This document shows, piece after piece, positions 35,588-44,284 of a stretch of DNA of 53,888 nucleotides. The stretch's first letter is position 1. Each line of letters opens with the position of its first letter. Source of the DNA: Nanobdellota archaeon (lineage in GTDB: Archaea > Nanobdellota > Nanobdellia > Pacearchaeales > GW2011-AR1); contig JBBSXA010000009.1 of the NCBI GenBank assembly GCA_038045985.1, forward strand, positions 1 to 53,888. The letters are read 5' to 3'. The notes below the pieces were generated by a model, which was not told where the DNA came from, ran no database searches, and worked only from the letters and a program-made list of their open reading frames with translations. Both the position numbers and the translations under genes were made by a program.

Positions 35588-36205
35588 ATGGAAGAGGTGA
35601 CTGAAAAGAAGGGACTTAGAGACAACTTGTTTGTGCTTTTTTTTGGAATTATGTTTTTGTTTTCTCTAGTTATGATTTTTAATCAGGGCTTTAAAACAAC
35701 AGGATATGCTACGGAAGCCACCACTACTTCAAATGTCACTATTTCCACTTATTTTGCTGTAGAGATGAGTGCAAATCTTACTAATGGAATTCAGTTTGGC
35801 TCTATTTCTACGCTTCCTGCTGCAGATCAAAATGCCACTCATAATTATGACGGAGTTAATACTACTCCAAATGGAACCGGAACTTCCATGTGGATGAATG
35901 TATCTAGTGACAGCAATACTAATGTTAGCTTTTGCATTAAGGCAGATGCTTTGAATACCTCTGGTGGAGATGTTATTGGATTGGCAAATGAAACTTATCA
36001 TAATGCCACTAGTACAAATTCGACTCTGCCAATGAACGGCTCGCAGCTTGGACTTACTACAAGCTATGTTTCTGCCGGGCCGAATATTGCTGTAAATAGC
36101 AGGAATTTTTACAGGTTTTGGCTGGATGTTCCTGCTGCTACTGCATCAGGCACTTATGATAATATTGTTAGTCTTAAAGGTGTGGCAGTAGGAGGCGCCT
36201 GCTAA
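35588..36205 (+). CDS. secreted beta-rich fibre-subunit-like protein, homologous to the C-terminal domain of the 30036 protein
   Basis: Signal anchor. KADALNTSGGDVIGLANETY matches KANDNLTTPGGDILGIGNETY. LDVPAATASGTYDNIVSLKGV matches LNAPAGQAAGTYNNSLLFKAV. Confidence 0.65.
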   Translation: MEEVTEKKGLRDNLFVLFFGIMFLFSLVMIFNQGFKTTGYATEATTTSNVTISTYFAVEMSANLTNGIQFGSISTLPAADQNATHNYDGVNTTPNGTGTSMWMNVSSDSNTNVSFCIKADALNTSGGDVIGLANETYHNATSTNSTLPMNGSQLGLTTSYVSAGPNIAVNSRNFYRFWLDVPAATASGTYDNIVSLKGVAVGGAC

Positions 36206-36225
36206 CTCTTAAAATAGAAAATAAA

Positions 36226-36879
36226 ATGCAAAAAGAGGTTATAAAAGCTAGTCTAATTGTCGTTTTAGGAGCGATTATTTTTAGTAATTTTATTTATTCT
36301 GGACTTGGTATAAAGTATAGCCAGGAATCTGCTTTAGTTAATGAAGGGGGAAGCGCTTGCTTGACTTATGAGGTTTATAATCCATGGTCTGATGATTCCA
36401 ATGTAATAATAGGAGTTTCTGATGAATTGAAAGGGGTTTTAATTTTGCAGGAAGCAGAGACAAAGTTTGTTCCTGCTTATACTTCCAGCCAAAATGCAAT
36501 TCCGGTGAAGTTTTGCTTTAAAGTTCCCAGACTTTATGCTAGAGACTGCCTTGTAGGAAATTTTTTGTGCAAACTTGACTGCAACGAGGACATGAAAATT
36601 TATGAGGGAGACGTTGCTGTAAGAACTGTGCCTGGAGACGATGTTGGAGGAGGAATTGGAGGCTCTACAACTACTGCAGTTGTCGGCGCTCCTTTAAGGA
36701 TTAGAGTTGCTTGCGCGCCTCACACAAGAGATTATACTCTGCTTTATGCTTTTGCTGCGGTGATTTCTGCCTTGATTGTGGCATCTATTCTTTTCAAAAA
36801 GTACAGGAAGCCAAAAGAACAGAGGATTAAGGAGAAAATGCAGAAGCTTAAAGAGGAAATGCGAAAAACAAAGAAGTAG
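36226..36879 (+). CDS. secreted protein with C-terminal TM anchor and basic tail
   Basis: Signal-like N-terminus, 8 Cys, ending AAVISALIVASILFKKYRKPKEQR... Confidence 0.55.
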   Translation: MQKEVIKASLIVVLGAIIFSNFIYSGLGIKYSQESALVNEGGSACLTYEVYNPWSDDSNVIIGVSDELKGVLILQEAETKFVPAYTSSQNAIPVKFCFKVPRLYARDCLVGNFLCKLDCNEDMKIYEGDVAVRTVPGDDVGGGIGGSTTTAVVGAPLRIRVACAPHTRDYTLLYAFAAVISALIVASILFKKYRKPKEQRIKEKMQKLKEEMRKTKK

Positions 36880-36940
36880 ATTGCCTGGCTTTTTTCCTTT
36901 AAAGACAACATATAAAAATAAAAAAACCTTTCTATTGTTT

Positions 36941-38875
36941 ATGAGTGTTAAGAGGGAGTGGCTGATTTTTTTTATTGTATTAACAGTTGCATTTGGAATT
37001 TTATTTAATCTGCGGTTTTTAGGGCTGTCAGTTGCTAATACTACTTCAAATGTTACTGTAGCCTCTTTGAATACTCCTCCAGCTATAGGAAGCATTAATG
37101 ACTCTCTTTATGTTTGTGAAAATGAAATTCTCGATTATGAATTCAATGTTACTGACATAGATGGCGATGTTCTTATAGGTTCCATTAATCCTGAAAATCC
37201 TTTTTTTGTTTTTTGGATAAGACAGCCTGCTGTGTCTGTTACAACTTTTGCTATTGTTTCCAGCTCTATTTCAAAGGTAATAATTGGAGGCGTTAATTCT
37301 GGAAATAAAACTTACGTAGAGAATGTCAGCGTCAAAGATGATTTTTCTTCAAGCTGCTGCTTTGATTATAAACAAACAAACATTACTGCAATTGAAATAA
37401 ATAACGGTCCTTTAATAGAAGATGTGGGGGTAAAAACTGTCTGGACATCAGGAGATAATTCAAATTTTTATGAAGTTGTTGCTGTGAACGACACTGAATA
37501 TAATCTAGGTTATGGAACTTTAAATTTTACAGTTTCTATATTTAATTCTTCAGGAATATCTTTGAACTTATTTAATATTACAAGTTCTGGGGGAGTCATT
37601 AATTTTACTGCTAATTCTAGCACAGTTTTAGGAGTCTATAATGTAACTGTTTGTGTTAATGACACAGGCCTTTCAAACCCTTTTGTTAATATAAGCAGTG
37701 TTTGCAGCCAGACAGGAGGTTCTTTGAGTGCTTGTGATAATTTTAGTTTGACTGTTACCAGCAGCAACAGAGCTCCAAATATTACTGCTTATTATCCAAC
37801 GAGTTTGAGTTTTAGTTCATCTGGAACAGATAGTTTATATTTCAATATAACAAAATATGATGTTGATGGAACAATTCCTGATGCTTATTGGTATGTGGAC
37901 AGTGTTTTAAAAGAATATGACTCTGGAAGCTCTGTTGATAGTTTCAGCTATTCATACGGCTGCGGCGTTTCTGGAGCACATAATGTAACCGTGAACGTTA
38001 CTGATGGCTTGCTTTGGACTTCTTTAACATGGAATGTCAGCGTTCAATCTGTTTCTTGCTCATCAACTTCTGGAGGCAGTGCAGGAGGAGGGGGAGCTGG
38101 AGCCGGCATTATTTCTGAAAGGTTTAGCATTGAACCGCAGTTTATAGCTACCAAGATTTTTAAAGGAGAGGGAAAGAGTTTTGATATAAAAATAAAAAAT
38201 GTAGGAAGTGTTGATGCTAATATTGTTACTGGCATTGAAAATATTTCAGATCTTGCTTTAGTTAGTGAGGATAATTTTTTATTGAAAGTTGGCGAGGAAA
38301 AAATTGTCAAAGTTTATCTTTATTCTCTGAGCATTGCCAAGTCTGGAGTTTATTATGGAAAGATTTTTTTTCAAGGTCAGACAACTAAAGTTGCAGTCAG
38401 TGTTGTTCTTGAAGTTAAAGACAGAGAGCCTTTGTTTGATATTAGTGTTGAGGTTCTTCCAGATTATAAAACTGTTACAGCTGGCGATGATATGACAGTT
38501 AGCGTTAATATGCTGAATGTCGGGCTTTATGGAACAGCAGTTGATGTAGAATTTTATCTTTTTATTACTGATTTCAACAGGCTTATTATTTATGAAACTT
38601 CTAAGGAAATGGTTGCCGTGGAGAAAAATGTCTCTTTATTAAGGGATTTAAGAGTTCCTTTTGACACTTCTTCTGGAAATTACCTTGTCCTTGCTCAGGC
38701 GAGCTATGGGAATATCAGCGCAACAAGCTATGACACTTTTGCTGTTGTTGAGAAAAAATATCTTAGAGCAGCTTATTTCTTAATTTTGATGTTTATACTT
38801 GCATTGCTGCTGCTTATACTTTTCTTGATATGGAAAAGGAGAAAAAAGAAAAAAGAGGAAGAAAGGTATAGGTAA
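36941..38875 (+). CDS. cadherin-like surface adhesin, paralogue of 3241-5247, with a beta-sandwich C-terminal module instead of the Cys-rich one
   Basis: Start moved to ATG 36941 (MSVKREWLIFFIVLTVAFGILF signal). The tracked 36776 start overlaps the previous gene. NNGPLIEDVGVKTVW...DNFSLTVTSSNRAPNI...DAYWYVDSV align with the 3241 protein. Confidence 0.75.
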   Translation: MSVKREWLIFFIVLTVAFGILFNLRFLGLSVANTTSNVTVASLNTPPAIGSINDSLYVCENEILDYEFNVTDIDGDVLIGSINPENPFFVFWIRQPAVSVTTFAIVSSSISKVIIGGVNSGNKTYVENVSVKDDFSSSCCFDYKQTNITAIEINNGPLIEDVGVKTVWTSGDNSNFYEVVAVNDTEYNLGYGTLNFTVSIFNSSGISLNLFNITSSGGVINFTANSSTVLGVYNVTVCVNDTGLSNPFVNISSVCSQTGGSLSACDNFSLTVTSSNRAPNITAYYPTSLSFSSSGTDSLYFNITKYDVDGTIPDAYWYVDSVLKEYDSGSSVDSFSYSYGCGVSGAHNVTVNVTDGLLWTSLTWNVSVQSVSCSSTSGGSAGGGGAGAGIISERFSIEPQFIATKIFKGEGKSFDIKIKNVGSVDANIVTGIENISDLALVSEDNFLLKVGEEKIVKVYLYSLSIAKSGVYYGKIFFQGQTTKVAVSVVLEVKDREPLFDISVEVLPDYKTVTAGDDMTVSVNMLNVGLYGTAVDVEFYLFITDFNRLIIYETSKEMVAVEKNVSLLRDLRVPFDTSSGNYLVLAQASYGNISATSYDTFAVVEKKYLRAAYFLILMFILALLLLILFLIWKRRKKKKEEERYR

Positions 38876-38877
38876 GA

Positions 38878-39576
38878 ATGAAAATGGATTTTAAGAGAAT
38901 TTATTCAACGTATAGACTCTTAATATTGTTATTGCTTATCGCTTTAATTCTTTTTGTTATTTTTTTGATCCCTTTTCTTATTTGGGGTTCTTTTTTTAAA
39001 ATTTTTACAAACCCAGATTCTATTAGGGAGTTTATTTTATCTTATGAAAACTGGGCTATTTTTGTTTATGTTATTATCAGTATTTTAGTGGTGATAGCTC
39101 CTCCTTTACCTAATGATATTGTTCCCATAGTCGGGGGAATTGTTTTTGGTTTTTGGATAGCATTAATATTTGGAATTTTGGCTAGAATAATTGGTTCTAC
39201 TATTAATTATTGGCTTGGAACTAGAATCAGAAAAGGAATCTATGTTAAATTGATTAGTTTAGAAGAACAAGAGAAATTAAAGAATTATACTAAAAAGATT
39301 GGCTGGCAAACCATCTTTATTTCTAGATTTTTGCCAAGTACAGATACTGATTTAATTGCTTATGTTGCAGGAATAGCTAAAATGAGATATCTAACTTTTA
39401 TTGTTGCTTCTTTCTTTGGAATGTTGGTGCCTGTTGCAGGAAGTATACTTATAGGAGCTTCTTTGCTGACTAATAAATACCTTTTCTTTTCACTTATTGC
39501 TTTCTATATAGTTGGAATTCTTTTTGCTCCTCAGATTATTAAAAGATTTATTAAAAAAAATGAAAATAAAAGTTAA
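38878..39576 (+). CDS. TVP38/TMEM64 (DedA/SNARE-associated) family membrane protein
   Basis: Multi-pass. RFLPSTDTDLIAYVAGIAKMRYLTFIVASFFGMLV is the family motif. Confidence 0.65.
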   Translation: MKMDFKRIYSTYRLLILLLLIALILFVIFLIPFLIWGSFFKIFTNPDSIREFILSYENWAIFVYVIISILVVIAPPLPNDIVPIVGGIVFGFWIALIFGILARIIGSTINYWLGTRIRKGIYVKLISLEEQEKLKNYTKKIGWQTIFISRFLPSTDTDLIAYVAGIAKMRYLTFIVASFFGMLVPVAGSILIGASLLTNKYLFFSLIAFYIVGILFAPQIIKRFIKKNENKS

Positions 39577-39769
39577 AGTAAAGCCAAAATCTGGAAGACA
39601 AGAAGTTGAAAAGATTTCAGAAAAGGAATATTTTGTTTATTTGAAAAGCTCTCCTGAAGAGAATAAGGCAAATGTCGAGCTTTGCAAGTTGCTACAAAGG
39701 TATTTTAAAAGAGAAGTCAGAATAAAATCAGGATACGCAAACAGAAATAAAATTATTGAGGTAACTTAA
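39560..39769 (+). CDS. DUF167 (YggU-like) protein
   Basis: MKIKVKVKPKSGRQEV...SSPEENKANVELCKLLQRYF...VRIKSGYANRNKIIEV follows the DUF167 pattern. Start moved to ATG 39560. Confidence 0.65.
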   Translation: MKIKVKVKPKSGRQEVEKISEKEYFVYLKSSPEENKANVELCKLLQRYFKREVRIKSGYANRNKIIEVT

Positions 39770-39770
39770 G

Positions 39771-40154
39771 ATGAAAGCGCTTTCAATAAAACAACCATAC
39801 GCGGAATTGATTTTGCAAAGCAGGAAAACAATTGAATTAAGAAAATGGAATGCTAATTTTAGGGGAGAGTTTTTAATTCATTCTTCGAAAACTCCCGATT
39901 TGAATGCCATGAAGAAATTTGGTTTTAATAATTTGCCTTGTGGTTTTATTCTTGGAAAGGTTAAATTGATTGAGGTTAAACATTATCTAGATGAAGAAGA
40001 GCATACGAAAGATAGAGACAAGCATTTAGCTTCTAATTTTTTTGGAAATTTTGGTTTTGTACTTAAAGATATTGAAAGAACAACTCCCATTGCAGCCAAA
40101 GGGAATTTAAATTTCTGGGAGTTTGATTTTTCTAAGAGGAATCTAATTATATAA
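39771..40154 (+). CDS. ASCH (PUA-like) domain protein
   Basis: LSIKQPYAELILQSRKTIELRKW is the typical ASCH N-terminus. Confidence 0.65.
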   Translation: MKALSIKQPYAELILQSRKTIELRKWNANFRGEFLIHSSKTPDLNAMKKFGFNNLPCGFILGKVKLIEVKHYLDEEEHTKDRDKHLASNFFGNFGFVLKDIERTTPIAAKGNLNFWEFDFSKRNLII

Positions 40155-40295
40155 TGGGATGTATGGATGGTACTTTGGAGGTTCTATTCCTTGAGCAAGA
40201 GTATATTTTTTTATTAATTTCATCACTTTTTCGAAATTTTCCAGGTTTTCTATAGCCTTTTTTCCTTTTTGGATTTTAGCTTCAATTGTTTTCAT
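40143..40295 (-). CDS. possible 50-aa ORF not in the track (MKTIEAKIQKGKKAIENLENFEKVMKLIKKYTLAQGIEPPKYHPYIPLYN)
   Basis: Hand translation of the minus strand. Convergent with the ASCH gene and overlapping its end by 12 nt. No other support. Confidence 0.2.
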   Translation of the reverse strand: MKTIEAKIQKGKKAIENLENFEKVMKLIKKYTLAQGIEPPKYHPYIPLYN

Positions 40296-40341
40296 TTAAT
40301 TATACAGATAAACTTATATATAAATTTTTTTATATTATATT

Positions 40342-40734
40342 ATGAAATACGAACCAGCTCCAGATTTGCAAGAGAAGGCAGATAAAATTTCTGTAGCTCT
40401 TTTTCCGCATGTTAAAGTGGATAGAGTCAGATGTTTTAGGAGTTATGGGACTTCTACTCGCGGAACGATTGCAAGATGCCACGCTCTTGGGAAATTGATG
40501 CAGCACGCTCTTGGAATTAAAGCAGTTTATGCTTTGGAATTTATTCATGAAAGGTTTGATAAAATGAATGAAGAGGAACAGACAAAAGTCATAATTCATG
40601 AATTGATGCATATTCCCAAGACTTTTGGCGGCGGTTTTAGGCATCACGATCATGTTTGTGAAAGTAATGTTAATATGAATTATAAAAATTATAAAAAATT
40701 GACAGGCGACGATGGAAAAAAAGGCTGGTTTTGA
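40342..40734 (+). CDS. predicted zinc metallopeptidase (HExxH)
   Basis: VIIHELMHIPKTFGGGFRHH. Size and motif fit the small archaeal predicted metallopeptidases. Confidence 0.5.
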   Translation: MKYEPAPDLQEKADKISVALFPHVKVDRVRCFRSYGTSTRGTIARCHALGKLMQHALGIKAVYALEFIHERFDKMNEEEQTKVIIHELMHIPKTFGGGFRHHDHVCESNVNMNYKNYKKLTGDDGKKGWF

Positions 40735-40774
40735 GTATAATTAACCTTTTAAATTAAATTCTTTGTTTATCTTT

Positions 40775-41503
40775 ATGTTTGGAATTTTAGACAGGCTTTA
40801 TGTGATGGGAAAAAAAAAGGTATTTCATGAAGATATTGATTGGAGGGCACAGATAACTGATGATAATTTTTGTGAAAGCTGGTATTGTTTTGTGCCTAAG
40901 GTTGTAGCGAAGAAGGAAAAAATAAGAAAAGGAATTTTGCCTCAAAAAGGGAAAGTTTCTGTTTATACTACTTCTTATGTTAATTTAATTGTGCCAAATG
41001 CTATACAAACGAGAGATAATTTGAGAGAGATATATTATGATTCTTTAGATAGAATGAGTGAAGATGTTGAACAAGGAAGAAAAATTAGTGTATTAGGGGT
41101 AAGCATAGGAAATGTTTTATCTGTGAGACTTGCAAGCGAAGTTCCTTATGGGAAGCTTAACTCTTTGGTTTCTATTGTTGGTGGAGGAAGATTGGGAATG
41201 TCTGCTTGGGATAGCATTGCTACCAAAAGTGCTGCCCAAAATTCTGGGTTTAGCAAGGTTGAAGAATATGAAGAAGTTTTGAGTGAGTTTGCACCTATTA
41301 AGTATTTGGGCAAGATTCATGCAGAGAGAGTTTTTGCAAGATTTGGAAGCAGTGATTTAATGATAAGATATAATCCTCATGGGCAGCAGCTAAGGCAGGG
41401 ATTAGAAAATATGGATTCAGATGTTAAAGATATCAAAACTTATTTATGGGCAGATCATAGTTCAACAATATTAAAGGCAAGCGGCGAAGAGATTTATAGA
41501 TAA
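40775..41503 (+). CDS. alpha/beta-hydrolase-like protein
   Basis: Nucleophile elbow GVSIGN (GxSxG). The start is uncertain (tracked TTG 40763; ATGs at 40775 and 40805). Confidence 0.4.
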   Translation: MFGILDRLYVMGKKKVFHEDIDWRAQITDDNFCESWYCFVPKVVAKKEKIRKGILPQKGKVSVYTTSYVNLIVPNAIQTRDNLREIYYDSLDRMSEDVEQGRKISVLGVSIGNVLSVRLASEVPYGKLNSLVSIVGGGRLGMSAWDSIATKSAAQNSGFSKVEEYEEVLSEFAPIKYLGKIHAERVFARFGSSDLMIRYNPHGQQLRQGLENMDSDVKDIKTYLWADHSSTILKASGEEIYR

Positions 41504-41533
41504 TATTAAATAGCTTTTTTCTTTCTTTAATAA

Positions 41534-41893
41534 ATGAAAAAGGTGAAAGTTTCTTTTAAATTTAATGGCAAAAAACTTAGTTTTAATGTTATAAAATGTG
41601 ATGGCTTTCGAGAAGGAATAGGATTAATGTTTAGGAGAAGAAAAAGCGCGCCGGCGCTTTTATTTGAGTTTTCAAAGTCAAATAAGCTGGCTTTTAATAT
41701 GGCGCTGACTTCTCTCTTTGTGTTTTTTAAGTTTGCTGCGATTTGGCTCGATGATAAAAATAATGCTGTTGATTTTAAGATAGTTCGGCCTTTTATTTTT
41801 GCAATAAATTCAAAAAAACCATTTACGAGGATAATTGAAGTTCCTCTAAATGAGAAATATCGTGAAAAATTAAAATTTTTAGGAATTAAATAG
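41534..41893 (+). CDS. DUF192-like protein
   Basis: REGIGLMFRRR...ALLFEF...IWLDDKNNAV loosely follows the DUF192 pattern. Confidence 0.4.
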   Translation: MKKVKVSFKFNGKKLSFNVIKCDGFREGIGLMFRRRKSAPALLFEFSKSNKLAFNMALTSLFVFFKFAAIWLDDKNNAVDFKIVRPFIFAINSKKPFTRIIEVPLNEKYREKLKFLGIK

Positions 41894-42005
41894 CTTTTGC
41901 CGATAATGGAATTAATGCCTTTGGAGATTCCTCGACGGTAGTTAGAAAGGTTTAAAAAGACTTTTTGCCATATTCCTCTATAAAAATTAATAAAAGGAGG
42001 TAAAA

Positions 42006-42143
42006 ATGGGTGTAATTATTGTAAAAAACGCAATTAAGAGAAAGCCGGGCTGTCTTTATTACGTTGATGGCAAGGGAAATGTTTGTGAAGCTAAGATGGC
42101 TAGAGGCGGCAAGAAGAAATCTAAGGCAAAGAAGAGAAGATAA
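42006..42143 (+). CDS. 45-aa basic protein missed by the ORF track (MGVIIVKNAIKRKPGCLYYVDGKGNVCEAKMARGGKKKSKAKKRR)
   Basis: Strong Shine-Dalgarno AAGGAGGT, 6 nt upstream. TATA-like ctataaaaatt about 30 nt upstream. Replaces the overlapping, implausible tracked ORF 42064-42258. Confidence 0.55.
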   Translation: MGVIIVKNAIKRKPGCLYYVDGKGNVCEAKMARGGKKKSKAKKRR

Positions 42144-42209
42144 TTCTTCTTATTTTTATTATCTATTTTTTTTGGTTAATTTTATATATTTGATTTTTGT
42201 TTTTATTTT

Positions 42210-42695
42210 ATGGTTAAATCTTTTCAAGATAAATGTAGAAGGCTTGCAGTCAATATAATTAAAAAGTCCTTTCCAGAATTAAAGAATAAAAGGATATTGG
42301 TTTTTACAGTTCCCTTTCGAAAAGCTTATAGCGGAATGATATTCTGGCTTTTTTGGCCTCTTCCACAATTAATCTTTATAAATAAAAAGAGAAACAAAGA
42401 ATCTATTCAATATTTGAATGGTCTTTTATGTCATGAAATTTGTCATTTGGTTCTTATTGAAAGAAGAGGTTTTGCAAAAAGTGTCTTTAGAGGAATTTTT
42501 TATTTTATTATTCCTAAATTAAGAAGATTAATAGAAGATGAAGTTAACCGATTTGCGATTCAAAAAGGTTATTCTAAAGAAATTCATTTTTTTACCAAAA
42601 AAGTTGAAAAAAAGAAAACTTCCGCTGGAATTCAAAGATTTTACATGAATTCCGAAGATATTAAAAACTATGCGAAATCTGTAGGAAAATGGTAA
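42210..42695 (+). CDS. HExxH protein, putative metallopeptidase
   Basis: LLCHEICHLVL. Overlaps the kae1 start by 7 nt. Confidence 0.4.
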   Translation: MVKSFQDKCRRLAVNIIKKSFPELKNKRILVFTVPFRKAYSGMIFWLFWPLPQLIFINKKRNKESIQYLNGLLCHEICHLVLIERRGFAKSVFRGIFYFIIPKLRRLIEDEVNRFAIQKGYSKEIHFFTKKVEKKKTSAGIQRFYMNSEDIKNYAKSVGKW

Positions 42696-43813
42696 TTGTT
42701 TTAGGCATCGAATCAACAGCGCACACATTCGGAATTGGAATTGTAAAAAATGGAAAGATATTAGCAAATGTTAAAGATGCTTACACAACTGAAAGTGGAG
42801 GGATAATTCCTATTGATAGTGCTAAACATCATTCTCTTGTTGCTGATGAATTAGTTAAGAAGGCTTTGAATGAAGCTAAAGTTTCATGGAAAGAAATTAA
42901 AGGTATTGCTTTTTCACAAGGACCCGGGCTTTCTCCATGCCTTCTTGTTGGCTTGAGAAAAGCTAAAGAGCTTTCTAAGAAACATAAACTTCCTTTGATT
43001 CCTGTTAATCATTGTGTTGCGCATTTGGAGATTGGAAGAATCACTGGAGCCAAAGATCCAGTTCTTTTGTATGCTTCAGGAGCTAATACTCAGATAATTG
43101 CTTATTCGTCTGGAAAATACAGAATTTTCGGCGAGACCTTGGATTTGGGGATTGGAAATTTTATAGATACTTTTGCAAGGTATTTAGGACTAGGATTTCC
43201 AGGCGGTCCAAAGGTTGAACAGCTCGCAAAGAACTCTAAGAATTATATTGAATTGCCTTACACTGTCAAGGGAATGGACATTACTTTGTCAGGAATTTTG
43301 ACAAATTTAAGGCAGAAGATTGAAAAGATAAATTTAGATAATAAACCCCTCTACCATCTCCCAGACCACCCACCCTTACTAGATAATGTTAATAATAAAA
43401 GTTATGATAATATTAATTTTAAAAATGATGTTACTCTAAATAATTTAGAAAATAAAAATAAAATAAATTATACAAAAGAAGATTTAGCCTTCAGCATGCA
43501 GGAAACTGTTTTTGCAATGCTTGTTGAAGTTTCTGAAAGAGCTTTGGCTCATGTTGGAAAAAAGGAATTAGTTTTAGGAGGGGGGGTTGCATGCAATTCA
43601 AGATTTCAGGAAATGTGCAGGGTTATGTGTGAGGAGAGAGGTTGTAAGTTTTATGTTCCTGAAAAAAATCTTCTTGTGGATAATGCAGGAATGATAGCCT
43701 ATCTTGGAGAGATTATGTTTAAAGCGGGAATAAAGTTTGAAGGCATGAAAGCTGAAGATTTGGATATAAAACCAAGAGAACGAACGGATGAAATAAATGT
43801 AACTTGGCGTTAG
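42689..43813 (+). CDS. kae1: tRNA N6-adenosine threonylcarbamoyltransferase Kae1, with a ~40-50-aa low-complexity insert
   Basis: GIESTAHTFGIGIV, VNHCVAHLEIGR (metal His pair), GGGVACNSRFQEM, DNAGMIAY. Confidence 0.9.
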   Translation: MVIVLGIESTAHTFGIGIVKNGKILANVKDAYTTESGGIIPIDSAKHHSLVADELVKKALNEAKVSWKEIKGIAFSQGPGLSPCLLVGLRKAKELSKKHKLPLIPVNHCVAHLEIGRITGAKDPVLLYASGANTQIIAYSSGKYRIFGETLDLGIGNFIDTFARYLGLGFPGGPKVEQLAKNSKNYIELPYTVKGMDITLSGILTNLRQKIEKINLDNKPLYHLPDHPPLLDNVNNKSYDNINFKNDVTLNNLENKNKINYTKEDLAFSMQETVFAMLVEVSERALAHVGKKELVLGGGVACNSRFQEMCRVMCEERGCKFYVPEKNLLVDNAGMIAYLGEIMFKAGIKFEGMKAEDLDIKPRERTDEINVTWR

Positions 43814-43841
43814 CTTCGTGAACATTGGGAAGTTCACGTCG

Positions 43842-43880
43842 CGAGAAAGAACGGATGAAGTGAATGCGAGTTGGAGATGA
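43842..43880 (+). repeat. degenerate second copy of the kae1 3' end (encodes RERTDEVNASWR*), 30 nt after the real stop
   Basis: Compare 43775-43813, encoding RERTDEINVTWR*. A 7-bp hairpin (cgtgaac/gttcacg, 43817-43838) lies between the copies. Confidence 0.7.
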
Positions 43881-43881
43881 A

Positions 43882-44184
43882 TTAATTAACTAATCCTCTG
43901 TATCTGTCGTCTTTTTGTATTCTGTCTACCAAATGGTCTCCACTTGGAGTTTCTTTTAATTTTTCGCAGATAGAATAAAATAAATCTTTTCTTTGGTCAT
44001 TTATCAATTTTTGAGATGCAGCCATTTTGTTAATTTCAATATAAAATCTATTTTTTATTTCCACTATGCTTAGAGAGCCTGATTTTTTGTTTATCCCAAT
44101 ATTGTCGATTACTAATTTTGTTAACTCTTCAAGGTTTATCATAATTTGCGGATGATTAAAACATTTAAAAGAGTTTATATTCAT
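43882..44184 (-). CDS. hypothetical protein (100 aa)
   Basis: ORF track. No family recognised. Confidence 0.4.
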   Translation of the reverse strand: MNINSFKCFNHPQIMINLEELTKLVIDNIGINKKSGSLSIVEIKNRFYIEINKMAASQKLINDQRKDLFYSICEKLKETPSGDHLVDRIQKDDRYRGLVN

Positions 44185-44201
44185 GGTGCTAGTTAGAAAT
44201 G

Positions 44202-44209
44202 TTTATAAA
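44202..44209 (+). promoter_or_regulatory. TATA box candidate for the L7Ae operon
   Basis: tttataaa with an A-rich BRE-like flank (agaaatg). It would place the transcript start near 44231-44236. Confidence 0.45.
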
Positions 44210-44230
44210 CTCGCTATTTTTCCCTTTCAA

Positions 44231-44251
44231 GTCCGATGACATTGTGAGGAC
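44231..44251 (+). promoter_or_regulatory. kink-turn (K-loop) RNA motif in the L7Ae 5' leader
   Basis: GUCC-GAU-GA-C-AUUG-U-GA-GGAC. Perfect 4-bp C-stem (GUCC/GGAC), 3-nt bulge, and tandem sheared G.A/A.G positions exactly as in the K-turn consensus. 34 nt upstream of the ATG. Confidence 0.6.
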
Positions 44252-44284
44252 ATAGTCCTTACTTAATTAAACTTTGAGATTAAA

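Noticed and set aside
36776-36940. Tracked start of the 699-aa ORF at 36776, overlapping the previous gene by 104 nt.
   Set aside because: The first 55 codons are a basic read-through of the neighbour's 3' end. A clean signal peptide begins at ATG 36941, so I moved the start there.
42064-42258. Tracked 64-aa ORF MMAREMFVKLRW...
   Set aside because: It has no ribosome-binding site and the product is odd. It overlaps a better-supported 45-aa ORF (42006-42143) as well as the start of the 42210 gene.
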